Shown piece by piece: positions 1 to 10,857 of a DNA stretch of 19,182 nucleotides. The stretch comes from Ginkgo biloba (lineage: Eukaryota; Plantae; Ginkgophyta): contig JANKJI020000002.1 of NCBI GenBank assembly GCA_024626585.2, positions 73,618,607-73,637,788 on the forward strand. Reading direction: 5' to 3'. A model generated the notes under the pieces. The model worked only from the letters and a program-made list of their open reading frames with translations, was not told the origin of the DNA and searched no databases. A program made the translations under genes and the position numbers. How positions within the stretch are numbered: position 1 is the stretch's first letter; the number at the start of each line of letters is the position of its first letter.

Positions 1-287
1 CATATATTCATCTTCTATTGTTGTAGCCATGAAATCAGTAGGGGTGTTCGGTCTAGGGCTATTTGTGTAGACCTAGGGTTGTAAGCCTAAACCGTAATTA
101 TCAGTGAGGGTTAGATAGCTCTCTTTTATAAGGGGCTATCCACGGTGCCGACGACTTGGCATCCTCTTCGAGTGTGGGATTGAGGGGTGGACTTTAGCAG
201 ATCAATAATTTCCATTAGGGGTTGATGGTCACATTTATGCATCTGAAGTTTGGTTGCTCGTATTGAAGGTCCTTATGGCCAACAAAT
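1..287 (-). repeat. Repeat family A, partial copy 3, truncated by an LTR insertion
   Basis: Aligns by eye to ~2950-3275 (GTCTAGGGCTATTTGTGTAG vs GGCTTAGGGTTATTGGTGTAG; TATCAGTGAGGGTTAGATAG vs TATCAGTAAGGGTGGATAG). Also aligns to the reverse complement of ~13030-13320 (CCTTATGGCCAACAAA vs CCCCATGACCAACAAA) right up to position ~286. Confidence 0.75.
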
Positions 288-607
288 TGTTGGATAGTAA
301 TGTTCGCACATGTCACTTGCCATATTAGTTGTACTTTTCGTATTATGCATATGGAAAGTTAAGTTGTCTAGATTTTACTTTAGTTTCCTTTAGCTTTTGC
401 TTTCTGCTAATTTGGCAAGCTTGCACATGCTATACATATGGCATCCATGAGCTCATTAGAAGCTCTATATATAGTACTATATTCTTGATGACTACATCAT
501 CTGAGTTTAGAGGGTACATAGTACTCAACATTTGTCTGTCAAATGTTCTCAGTATTTACTTGTGATTTCTAGTATAGTTACTGATTTCTTCATATCAAAT
601 ACTAACA
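288..607 (+). mobile_element. 5' LTR (~320 bp) of an LTR retrotransposon, probably Ty1/copia-type
   Basis: Starts TGTTGG exactly where repeat-A homology stops and ends CTAACA two bases before a PBS. TATA-like CTCTATATATAG at ~463-474. Superfamily assignment is only a guess from LTR size. Confidence 0.7.
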
Positions 608-609
608 TT

Positions 610-621
610 TGGTATTAGAGC
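610..621 (+). promoter_or_regulatory. Primer-binding site (tRNA-iMet type), degenerate
   Basis: TGGTATTAGAGC is the canonical plant PBS TGGTATCAGAGC with one C>T change, located right after the LTR-terminal CA. Confidence 0.8.
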
Positions 622-1434
622 GGGATTGCATGCGTTGAAATCGAAGCTTTCAATGCATTTGGAACCTATGGTCAACATCATGTTGAAGAAATTGTTAAGC
701 AGAGATTGGTGGGTAGAAAGTTTGAAAAAATGGTAGAGACAAACATTTGAGAAAAATGTTGATGTGAATAGTTTCATTCGTTGAGGAGCAAATGTGGTAG
801 ACGTGTCTCTATTGGCAAAACAAAATTGTGGAAATCGTGAATGAATAGTGGATCAACTGTGACGGCTCATTTGGAGAAATGTTGCACACTTTTTTTAAGA
901 GAACGACTTAGGAACAAAGGGTGTAAGCAAAGTGTCCCTTTCTGTAAATTGTGGATTGTGCCTGAGTTAGCACTAGATCTGTGACAGACGGCTTGGTAAT
1001 GCCAGATCTGAGTGGCCCTTTGGCCTGTTGGAGCATTAATTGCTTGTGTCCTTATTATCTAGATTTTTTTAAAAAATGACGCATGTCCTAGACATGAAAT
1101 GATGCCAATCGTTACTGTTGAATGACACAAGCCAGGAGGAGATATCTGATTCCAAGAAGATCGATTCAAATCGCAACAGATTTGAAAGATTTTGAATTTG
1201 AGCAGCAACGACGTGACATGTTTTTTTGAAAATTTTCTTGATTTTTTTTTTGTTATAAAATATTTATACATTTTCTTCTATTCCCAAGCTGGGAAGGATT
1301 ACAACATCATACAACAAAATAGGGCAGCATAAAGNNNNNNNNNNNNNNNNNNNNNNNNNNNNNNNNNNNNNNNNNNNNNNNNNNNNNNNNNNNNNNNNNN
1401 NNNNNNNNNNNNNNNNNNNNNNNNNNNNNNNNNN

Positions 1435-2104
1435 TGTGTCATTGATAAACCTGTCACATACTTCCAAACCTTTTCTCTTTTTAGCTCCTCTTTGGGCTCC
1501 TCCAACAGATGTTTCTGAGGTTGCCATTCTTTGAAAATGAGTTAAATGATTGAATGAGGTAAAAAGATGAAGTTTTCCTTGCTGTCTACCACTAAAAGTT
1601 AGCTCCCAAACTGGTTGTCCTCACTCCACTTGGTTGTCCGGTGTTTGGTTCGACTCCCCTCAGGAATATANNNNNNNNNNNNNNNNNNNNNNNNNNNNNN
1701 NAAAATGGTGCCCACAAGAAAACACAATGAGAAAACTGTTGAAAGTATACTTTCTATCCACAAAAATCGGAATGAAGTGAATGAGTTTGAAATAGGTTTT
1801 ATAGTAAATAAAGACACTTTTAGGGTTTTAGTATTTTACTTTTTGTTTTAGTAATTAAAAAAATCCATTTTTCTTTTATTTTTTTCAATTTATACTTTAA
1901 AAAAGGTCAAAAAAAATTTAAAAAAATCGGGAGCAACCGCTTCCCGCAGGAAAATGGCTCCTGATCATACCCGAAATAGGTACAATTGAGGTACAACTGG
2001 GAAACATTTTTCAGTCGTACCACTCCCATTTCTTGGATGTATCCATATCCGATACGGTTCGAATACAGGATATGGGACCCCCAGGGCGGATCTTGGTAAC
2101 TTAG
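1435..2104 (-). mobile_element. 5' end of a hAT-family DNA transposon (terminus, subterminal region, start of transposase)
   Basis: Minus strand begins CTAAGTTACCAAGATCC at 2104, resembling plant hAT termini of the CTA(A/T)GTT(A/G)C type, followed by GGATAC/GTACC/CCGTATC subterminal motifs. ATG at 1527 (MATSETSVGG...) runs via a frameshift into VWKYVT, resembling the start of a BED zinc finger. Repeat-A homology stops at about this terminus. The other end is lost in a gap. Confidence 0.6.
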
Positions 2105-3437
2105 ATAACGACTTCTAGTGCAGGTTTTTAGAGAGTAACTAGTTAGATCTCTTTTGTAGATGAAGGCGACGTCATTGAATGTATTAAATCTAATTGTTAT
2201 AGCTTTGTAGACCACAACAACCCCCTTAAAGAAGTCATATGCCTTTTAAGGGACCTAGTGATTGACTTCTGCAAAAGAATAGCGCTCAGATAGACTTCGA
2301 GACCAAGTCATAGCATTCTTTTTGGTTGATTCAAGGTGTTTTGCAGCATACATGTATTCTAGACAACAAACCTTGATATTTCCTCTAGGTAAGTCATCAT
2401 TAATGTAAGTATTTCTTGCATTGTAGCACTGTTGTCTAATTTCAAAATACATAAATTGATTATATTTTTGTAGTTTATGTGTATAGCAATATTTTTGTGT
2501 TTTACATGTGTATAGAAAGGATTTAATCCCCATTAATGGGGGAATTAGAATCCTTGAGGTAGGGTGCCCTTAGTCATAGTGCTGATCTATGGCATTTAGA
2601 GGCAATAGTTATGTTGTAATGAATTTATTTCTATTCATACATGCCAAAAAGTAAATTTTGAAAATTTTGTTACCTTTCTATTATAGAAAACCTAGCAACT
2701 TAGCTCAGGGAAAGTAGGGATCCAACTGGAGATCTTCTAGGGGTTGGTAATGCCTTAACCAAAGGTGCCTCTACATGAGGAATAATTTCAACCCTTGCAT
2801 GATTTGTTTTAGGCTATGGATAGTTGGTTTTTTTCCCTCTTTTAATTGGATGGATATCTGTGTTGTGTTCTATCGACTGTAGCTAAAGGTGTAGTTGTAG
2901 GGTTCTTGAATATTGGTGTAGTCTTTAGACCAGATGGCCTTTGGTGTAGCCATGTCGCATGGTCTGTTGGTGCTGCCATGGTGATTCCTTTTATTGGTAG
3001 TGTTTTTTTTGGCTTAGGGTTATTGGTGTAGCTCTAGGATTTACTAGTTAACCTCAAAACTATCAGTAAGGGTGGATAGTCTCTTTGACTAAGGATTATC
3101 CTAATGCTCAAAGAGGGCATAGTGGATTGCATTTGTCATCCTTGACCGAGTGGGGTTGAGAGGTGGGATGCAGTGGATCTTAAATACTTGTTGGGTGTTA
3201 ATGGATGCATGCATACACTAGAGGTTTGGTTGTCCTCTCCGCTCAAACCTTTAAGCGGTCCCCACCACTAATAGAAGGTATTTGGAATCTTAGTTATAAG
3301 CTGACCTTGGTCTAACAACCCTTCCTGTACTATCCTATAAACGAATGCACTAATAGTATAGATACCATAAATTAATGATTATTATTTTTGTGCTTGCACT
3401 ACTCATTTGATTAATGACAATTTTCCCTTTTGAGTGC
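2105..3437 (-). pseudogene. Repeat family A copy 1: degenerate long ORF of unknown function
   Basis: Reverse-complement homolog of ~12855-14172, including an identical block TAAGGGCACCCTACCTCAAGGATTCTAAT. ORF fragments 2255-2533 and 1907-2215 are in the same frame and match the translation of copy 2. Confidence 0.75.
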
Positions 3438-3566
3438 NNNNNNNNNNNNNNNNNNNNNNNNNNNNNNNNNNNNNNNNNNNNNNNNNNNNNNNNNNNNNNN
3501 NNNNNNNNNNNNNNNNNNNNNNNNNNNNNNNNNNNNNGATTGTGGGAGTTAGTTTGGATTCCAAAG

Positions 3567-4238
3567 ATGGAATCAACAATTCTAAAGGAATTACGCGTAG
3601 AAATGCAAGCCATGAGGGATGAATCAAGGGAGTTGAAGGCAAAGAGGAGTCGCTAAATACCTATTCTTGACAAAGGAAGCAGGAAGAGTTGGAAGTCATT
3701 GAAGAAAACCCTCTAGAGGTCTAGCAAGAGGAAGTTCATTGGGAGCAGCGCGAGGAAGAACTCGAGAATCGAGGAGAGGCATTGGATGACAACCAAGACC
3801 CAAAGCACAAGAGTCAATAGGTGTGGAAACTTTTACAGTTCACTAAACAAATGAAGAATGTGTAGATCTTGTTGTATGACGGACAGAATATGGGGTCCTC
3901 TTTTGAAACATAGGTCAAATTGATGGAAACATTCTTCAAGTCATTTGCGATTATGGACGAGCACAAAGTTCCAATGATTATTTTTGCACTCAAGGGACTT
4001 GTCATGGAATGGAGTACTGAATGAGATGAATGCTGGGACGAGCTCAAAGATCTTCTCATGGAAATGAATGAAGGAGATCATGTTGAGGAAATATGCATCA
4101 CAAAATGACCTTCAGGACGCTTATAATCAACTAATGACAATAAAGCAGATAGGTGCGTGCAAGAGTATAGCAATAAGTTTGTTTTATTGATTGCTAGACT
4201 AACTCTCTTGGCCATGCATTTTCAAGTATATCACTTTA
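3567..4238 (+). pseudogene. gag: Ty3/gypsy retrotransposon gag remnant
   Basis: METFFKSFAIMDEHKVPMIIFALKGL...MLRKYASQNDLQDAYNQLMTIKQIG/VQEYSNKFVLLIARL fits the Retrotrans_gag pattern (LxQxGxVxEYxxxF). Contains stops and frameshifts. Same family as the gag at ~10300-10625. Confidence 0.85.
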
Positions 4239-5050
4239 NNNNNNNNNNNNNNNNNNNNNNNNNNNNNNNNNNNNNNNNNNNNNNNNNNNNNNNNNNNNNN
4301 NNNNNNNNNNNNNNNNNNNNNNNNNNNNNNNNNNNNNNGTTTATAAGATTTAAATTTTTTATATATATTTCTTTATTATTTTTATTGTACTAAGTGTTAA
4401 TTTAAGTAGTGAGGATGATGGGTTCAAAGAAAGAGGTAACACTAATGTTTAATACCATTCTTACTTGAGAGTATTATGATGATCTTATGAAACATATATC
4501 CAACTTGCTTTAAATTATTCCCATTCCTTTGAATCTATAGCATGGTGTTGCTTGCCATTAGTTTTTTCATGCCATTGCAATAGTTAAAATATCTCTTGAC
4601 TTCTATCCATTCAACATTGTTAAGAAATCAAGGGACATCTGCCGACACAAAAATCTCAAGTGGTTCTTTGGATCATAATATGCTATGCTAGCATGTCCAA
4701 TTTTGCTGATCAAACAGATTGACTGACATGTTTGACACAAAATTTCAATGTTGAGTTTTCCACTGGAGTAACAAGGGCTATCGAATGATTGTTTCTTTCA
4801 CAGAGCTTCTCGCGATGATTGACAATAGGTGTTGATGCTGTTGATTGGTTCGGAAAAATTGCATCCAATTGCTGCTATGGAGTGCAAAAACCAAGAGTAA
4901 GACATCCTCTAGGGTGTGCCCGCACATGCTGGATAACAATTCCCCACTCCCTGCACAAGTCAATGTTGTAATAAAGGTTCTTACTTCCACAAGCCATCCA
5001 TGCCTTCTATAAGTTTGTGCTCTTTCTCACAGACTTTGCTTTATTCCATC

Positions 5051-5126
5051 TTTTCCTGCAATTGCACCCATTTCTGTAGCTGGCACACTTTTCCTGCAAT
5101 TCCACCTGTTTCTGTAGCTGATCCAC
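5051..5126. repeat. Two-copy 38-bp tandem repeat
   Basis: TTTTCCTGCAATTGCACCCATTTCTGTAGCTGGCACAC (5051-5088) and TTTTCCTGCAATTCCACCTGTTTCTGTAGCTGATCCAC (5089-5126). Confidence 0.85.
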
Positions 5127-5879
5127 TTTGGACTTACCTGAACAAGTAATTCGTTTTTTACTTATAAATATATGTGGATGAATTTAAGCTAGAAAGAAGC
5201 AAGAATGCAACAGTAGGCTTTTATCCTATTGACTGTGGGTTGAATCCTAATTGTTTCCACCCCTAGGCTGGATTTTCACCAGACACAATTCTTGGCTTGA
5301 ACCAAATATTAAGTTTGAATGGTATTGGCTGAATTCAAGTATCGTGATAAATTGAAAGTTGCTGGGACAATTGAAGAATGATGGAGAGACCATCTCAGCC
5401 CTATAATGTAAAGAGCATCTCAAAGTCCAACTTGTGCTTTCCTAGGGGCTTTTGTTTATATGTGAGGTCTAATCTGACAAAGGCATCGATGGGTTTTATT
5501 TCTCTGGTTTCCTTTAAAAAAAGTCATCTTTTGGCAGTCTAGCTTTTAATCCTTGCTGATTAAATTGGCTTTATCTTGGAGAGATTTGTTTGTTTCCTCC
5601 AATTCTAAGAGTCTACTGTTTGAGCTGCAGCTCTGCTTCAGTTGAAGTCACTTTATTTCATCTTTATGTATTATATTTGTTGTTTCTCCAGTGTTGACCT
5701 CCACAATGCTACAAGTTCTGGTGCTATGTTTGACCAGTTGCTGCTGTATGCTTTGCTCATGCTTACTCTCATCTGCACAATTTCTTGTCTCCCTTTACTG
5801 TTCATTATTACGTTATTGGGGTTACATTGATATAAATTGAAAGCAGAGTTGACAAATATATATTGGTTTGTAACTGCAG

Positions 5880-5989
5880 TTGTGTACAATCTGGGCAGAT
5901 ACAGTAGACAATGCTAGATCAGCTGCAAGAGAACTTGTATTTGCAGGACTTTCGGATAAGAAAGAGATGTATGGACTGTATGACTGCTG
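5880..5989 (+). CDS. Candidate internal coding exon of an unidentified host gene
   Basis: Acceptor TAACTGCAG| at 5879 and donor TG|GTATGA at 5990. Open frame LCTIWADTVDNARSAARELVFAGLSDKKEMYGLYDC(W) with protein-like composition, flanked by T-rich intron-like DNA. Product not recognised. Confidence 0.55.
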
Positions 5990-6570
5990 GTATGAAGTGA
6001 ATCGCCTCAATGTATGTGATTGTTCTACGCCCCTTCCTTTATATTCACATCCACTGATTCCTCATTCACGATGAGCAACTTGATGTTAGAGGCNNNNNNN
6101 NNNNNNNNNNNNNNNNNNNNNNNNNNNNNNNNNNNNNNNNNNNNNNNNNNNNNNNNNNNNNNNNNNNNNNNNNNNNNNNNNNNNNNNNNNNNNGGACATT
6201 CCCAACATGACATTTGGTCAGATGACCCCTTAGGGTTCCATAGCCACATGATGGACCCTAGTGAGTTAAATAACTTCTTTGACCCCTCCTTTGATGTGAA
6301 TATTATTAATCTCATGCTGATGGATTTTTATGATAACCTAGTTGATGAGGAGGCTCTTTTATAGAAAGAGAAACTACTTGTCAAAGTAGCCCCTCAATCA
6401 GTTTTATAGTTGGCTAGTTTCGAGGATGATTTGGATGAAAGTGGTAGGGATGATTTCTCATGTCACATGGAGGAGCCTACCTTGAGATGGATATTGCAGG
6501 AATTGGGCCACCATGTACATTGAAGGTAGGAGATTCATGTTCACCTATAGAGGTCTAATCCTTTAAATCC

Positions 6571-6894
6571 TTTTTCCAAGAATTTCAAGACGTATTTTCT
6601 TGGGACTACTATGATTTAAAGTTAGTGTCACCTAAGGTTGCTATACATTGGATCTGCTTGAATCCCGAGATACCTCCAGTGCACCAAGATTGTAGGCACC
6701 TTAACCCTAAATTGATCCATGTAATTGAGGTAGAGTTAAACAATCTCATTAGGATAAATTTAATTTACCAAGTAGAATATACAGAGTGGCTAGTGTCAAT
6801 AGTCCTAGTTATGAAGAAAAATAGGAAGATTCATATATGCGTGGACTATTGAGATTTAAATAAGGTGACCTTAAAGGACCCTTTCCAGCTGCCA
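6571..6894 (+). pseudogene. pol: Ty3/gypsy reverse transcriptase N-terminal fragment (non-chromovirus, Athila/Tat-like)
   Basis: FQDVFSWDYYDLK...HWICLNPEIPPVHQ...LNPKL...IYQVEYTEWLVSIVLVMKKNRKIHICVDY*DLNKVTLKDPFQLP matches the consensus WVSPIVxVPKKNGKxRICVDYRDLNKAxxKDxFPLP. The in-frame TGA is at the conserved Arg. Confidence 0.92.
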
Positions 6895-8716
6895 TGTCAA
6901 GAATGGCCACCCCTTTACTGGCTCTATCAGTTTCTCTGTCTTTACTCGTGTGTATTTCCTCCATCTTTTCCATGTATTCTCTCCCAATAATTGACCACTG
7001 GAAGAGCTTCCAACATGCATAACCCTTCTTAGAAAGAGCGAGGACTGGCCAAACACCAATTGGCCGAAGCCACCCAGTGCTTCTATGACCCATTCTTGAC
7101 TGTTTTGACTCTCTTTTCCTGATTTCCCTTTCCAGAATTTGGAAGAGCTGTAGTAAGTCATAGGTTGAATGCCTGCCATTAGATCCTCTATATTAGAGGC
7201 TCTTGGCCGCCTTCTCCATCCTTTAGGAACCTTCTTTTTCGCTGAAATTCCTCTCCATATTAGCCTTTTTCCAAGCTTTCTGAATGTCTCTGTTTTAACA
7301 GCAATGTAATAGCAAAGGCTGAAATGTACATAAGTGATCCAAGTCTTCTTATCCTTTCCTCCAGTTTGAATAGGAGGCTTGATACATTGAAAAATTGATC
7401 TCTCTCAGTTTCCAAATCATCCTCTGACGGAAGAATGGATTGTGATTCAAAATAAAGAAACAAAACCATTGTCTTATGCTGCTGCGGTTAATCCTGATGT
7501 CATTGAGAAATCTGAAACAACATGTTAGCCAAAATGCTGCGAAGGAAGTTAAGGAATCCATGAAAGAGTCTTGTTGTGAGAATAGACAACATATAGAGCC
7601 TTTGACCCTCTCTTCAGACCTGATGCAAAAACAGCAGTCTAAGACAGAGTTGGTGTATAGGAATGCTGATAATGTAGAAGATAGAGTTACGATTGTTCTC
7701 TGTAAGAAATTTCCTAATCTGCTTTGATATGTTGGAAAGGAAAAGGATTTGAACTCTGCTTCTCAAAGTGATAATATTCTAGTAGTTGTGGAACCAAAAC
7801 AGATAATTAACAAAGATGGTTGGAATATTGGAGGCCTAGAAAGCCAGGAGAGAGGAATGTGCCAAAGATTGTTAAGAACAGAATGCTGCCATTGGATTTT
7901 TTGTGTTCAATAAGAAATATGTGTTGGGAATAGCCTTAAAAAACATGATGAGCTATGTATAGGAGGATGGCTTATCATTTTATACTCTAACCATACTGAA
8001 GGAAAAGGGAGTGGGTTAATTTTCTGCATCCTAAATGGAGTGATAGGGTCTTGAGAACAAGAATAAGTCCATGTTAGAGAACTGTAAGGGTTGTGATTTA
8101 AGTTGAAGAAAGGTACCATGTTTCTGATAATTGTGAGTTGAGTTGAAGGTGGTGGTTGTCATAAGTTAAGAGGAACCATGTCCCTGAGGACTATGAGGAT
8201 GCAAATGGCCATATGTTGATAAAGTGAATGGAACTCCAAGCTATGTGAAAGGACATGAATGGATATTGACTGTTGGACTGTTGTATGTTGGCTAGTGTAC
8301 CATGAAGGCAACTGTAGCATGAGAAGACTTTAAGGGGTTCTTCCATTAGCAATCACAAAGATGAATTGAAAGCAACGAATGGCTTGGTGTGGAATCTTTG
8401 GCTGATTAACTCATGCTCAACATTGACGATTCCCTGCAAAAGTGGTTGTGGAAGAAGTCATGGCAATCAACATGGAATAGAATTGAAAGCCTCGCCTGTG
8501 GATTTATGGTCGTGGTAACTAGAGTATGATTAATGCCGAAGAAACATGAGTCTACAAATTAAACAAAGGATTCTTCCATTCGAAGTGAAAGAGACGAAAC
8601 CTGGATCACGCAATCCTTGCAGAGGAGGAGCGCCTCGTGGTTATTCAGTTTGGGCATGATTGGTACACATCAGCACATAGGTAAAAGAAGTTGAGCAGAA
8701 GGCTAACGGATGGAGA

Positions 8717-9030
8717 GCGACAACGACAACAATACGAGAAGCAATTTGGCTATGCAAAATTTTGGATGATCTTCAGTGCAGACAAACAAGTCCTACAATT
8801 TTGAGATGTGATAATCAAGTGTTTTGAAGATGGTGCAAAATCCAATCTTTCATGAGAGGACCAACCATATCGAGATTGATTTCAACTATATCAAGGAACA
8901 GGTTTCAACAAAGCAAATCAAGTTGGAATATTTCTCTTCGAATGTGACCAGTCAACAAATATCCTCACCAAACCATTGGTGAAAGACAAGTTTGAAAAAC
9001 ACAGGTTGTCTCTTGGTGTATTAAAGAGAA
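8717..9030 (+). pseudogene. pol: Ty1/copia RNase H C-terminal fragment
   Basis: EAIWLCKILDDL...PTILRCDNQ/SVLKMVQNPIFHERTNHIEIDFNYIKEQV...DQSTNILTKPL...FEKHRLSLGV matches the copia motifs CDNQSA, NPVFHxRTKHIEID and QxADIxTKPL. Contains frameshifts. Confidence 0.93.
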
Positions 9031-9037
9031 AACATCT

Positions 9038-9045
9038 AGGGGGAG
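9038..9045 (+). promoter_or_regulatory. Polypurine tract of the copia element
   Basis: AGGGGGAG lies between the end of RNase H and the LTR-initial TGTTAG. Confidence 0.85.
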
Positions 9046-9372
9046 TGTTAGAGTGTTGATGTCCCCCCTTTAATTAAATTAAATGTATCGCTATGTAATA
9101 TATTTTTATCTAAGTCAGAAGGTAGGCTAAGTTATTAAACTTATAGAATTATCTAAAGAGAGAAATAAATGAGGTAGTTGTGAGAGTCCTTTTCTTAGAT
9201 TTGAATCCATGCAATCTGATTAGCTGTAAATTTCTATTTACACATGTATGAATCAAATGAATGGTGAGTTGAGTTCTTGGGAACTTGTCTCATTCTCTAT
9301 ATTAGTTTGTACCTTAGTTATGATTGGTGTTTATCTTGTTTCTATATTTATTTTTATAGCATTATGCTATCA
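9046..9372 (+). mobile_element. 3' LTR of the copia element (right end tentative)
   Basis: Starts TGTTAG directly after the PPT. Candidate end ...GCTATCA at 9372, not confirmed by a second LTR copy. Confidence 0.65.
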
Positions 9373-9502
9373 ATATGTTCTTGGGATTGCCTAGACCTAT
9401 GANNNNNNNNNNNNNNNNNNNNNNNNNNNNNNNNNNNNNNNNNNNNNNNNNNNNNNNNNNNNNNNNNNNNNNNNNNNNNNNNNNNNNNNNNNNNNNNNNN
9501 NN

Positions 9503-10757
9503 TTTATGAAAGTGCAGTATATGGACCTGTTACAAAATATGGACGTCATACTGCCATAGCCATTTCTGTCCCAAAATGGCATTATATCGGCCAATCTTTG
9601 TTATGTTAAAATCTAATAATTTGTCATAGTTTTGAATAACTATAGGAACCTTTGTAACAAACTCTTCCCAAGATTGGGCCTCCTTCATTTGCCAACTCAA
9701 ACTTATAGGTGTAGGGTGCCTCTTGGCTCTTAAGATTGGCCCTCCTCGCAAAATCCTTAGACACAAAATTGTAAATGCATCCGTTATGAACCAAAATAAG
9801 TGCATCATGTCCATTGATTTGACCTCTAATCATAAACAATTCCACATGATGCAAATGTTCGAACGGTCTCAAACTCACCTTTTAGGTTAATGTTTTCTCT
9901 GATTGCTTCTCCTTATAAACCACCACCATTGCTTTTTGTCCCTGTGGAGCATTTCCTCCCTTTTTAAGGTGAGGACCATTCCTCTTGAAGTGAGCCCCTA
10001 CACATTCAAAACACTTAATTGGTGGTTTGTTCTAGCCGTGGGGTCTTTCTTAAGCATTGCGCTTTCCCTTCTCTTGAGCCGCTGACTGTCCAAGGAAAGT
10101 CTTTTGCCTCTTAAAGAACTTGCCTTCTCCTTGCCTGAAGGGTTTCTTGGAAGTCGTGGAGTCCTTTTTTGGAAATGACTTCTTGGAAGAATCTATCAAA
10201 TTCTTCTCCGCAACTTTCAACTCCAAAGCTATGTTAGATGCTTCTTCATTAGTCTTAGCCACAGCGATAGTTTGCCTAAGGTGAGGCTTAAGAACACGAC
10301 TGAAATGATATTAATGGAAAGACATGACCAAGAGTGTCAATCTAGTAATCAATAAATAAAACTTATTACTATGCTCTTGGATTGTACATGTCTGCCTCAA
10401 ATTAATCAACTGGTTATATACCTCCTGCAAGTCATTTTGCAGAGCATATTTCTTGAGCATGGCCTCATTCATTTCTTCCTAAGTGGTGATCTTAGGCCTC
10501 TTTGCCGCATCTGTCTCTGTAAGAACTCCATCCTACCATCCCTTAGCAAGCCCTTTAAGTGTAAAGATTACCATTGGTACCTTATGCTCCTTCATTATTT
10601 TAAATGACTTGAAATAAGTTTCCATAGATCTCATTGTTAGTTTCTAGATTTGCTAGTAAACTATAAACTTCACACGCCGGCTTACCACCAAGCGTGCTTA
10701 GCCAAAAATGACAGATCTCGGCTCAGGGTTATAGCTTCCAACCAGAGGAATCACCTT
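9503..10757 (-). pseudogene. gag-pol: Ty3/gypsy gag-protease remnant
   Basis: Gag: METYFKSF...KYALQNDLQEVYNQLINLRQTCTIQEHSNKF. Zinc knuckle: KCFECVGAHFKRNGP (~9973-10016). Aspartic protease: LFMIRGQINGHDALILVHNGCIYNFVS (catalytic Asp mutated to His) and C-terminal YNAILGQKWL. Confidence 0.9.
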
Positions 10758-10857
10758 NNNNNNNNNNNNNNNNNNNNNNNNNNNNNNNNNNNNNNNNNNN
10801 NNNNNNNNNNNNNNNNNNNNNNNNNNNNNNNNNNNNNNNNNNNNNNNNNNNNNNNNN

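Noticed and set aside
3303-3317. TGTTAGACCAAGGTC as an LTR terminus of repeat A
   Set aside because: Homology between the copies continues beyond it (e.g. AATTTATGGTA), so it is internal.
7432-7490. Endogenous caulimovirid fragment suggested by the SYAAAV motif
   Set aside because: The motif is generic, and no movement protein, coat protein or caulimovirid-type RT is visible.
288-9372. LTRs at 288-607 and 9046-9372 as the two ends of one element
   Set aside because: Similar size but no visible sequence similarity, no matching TSD, and several gaps between them.
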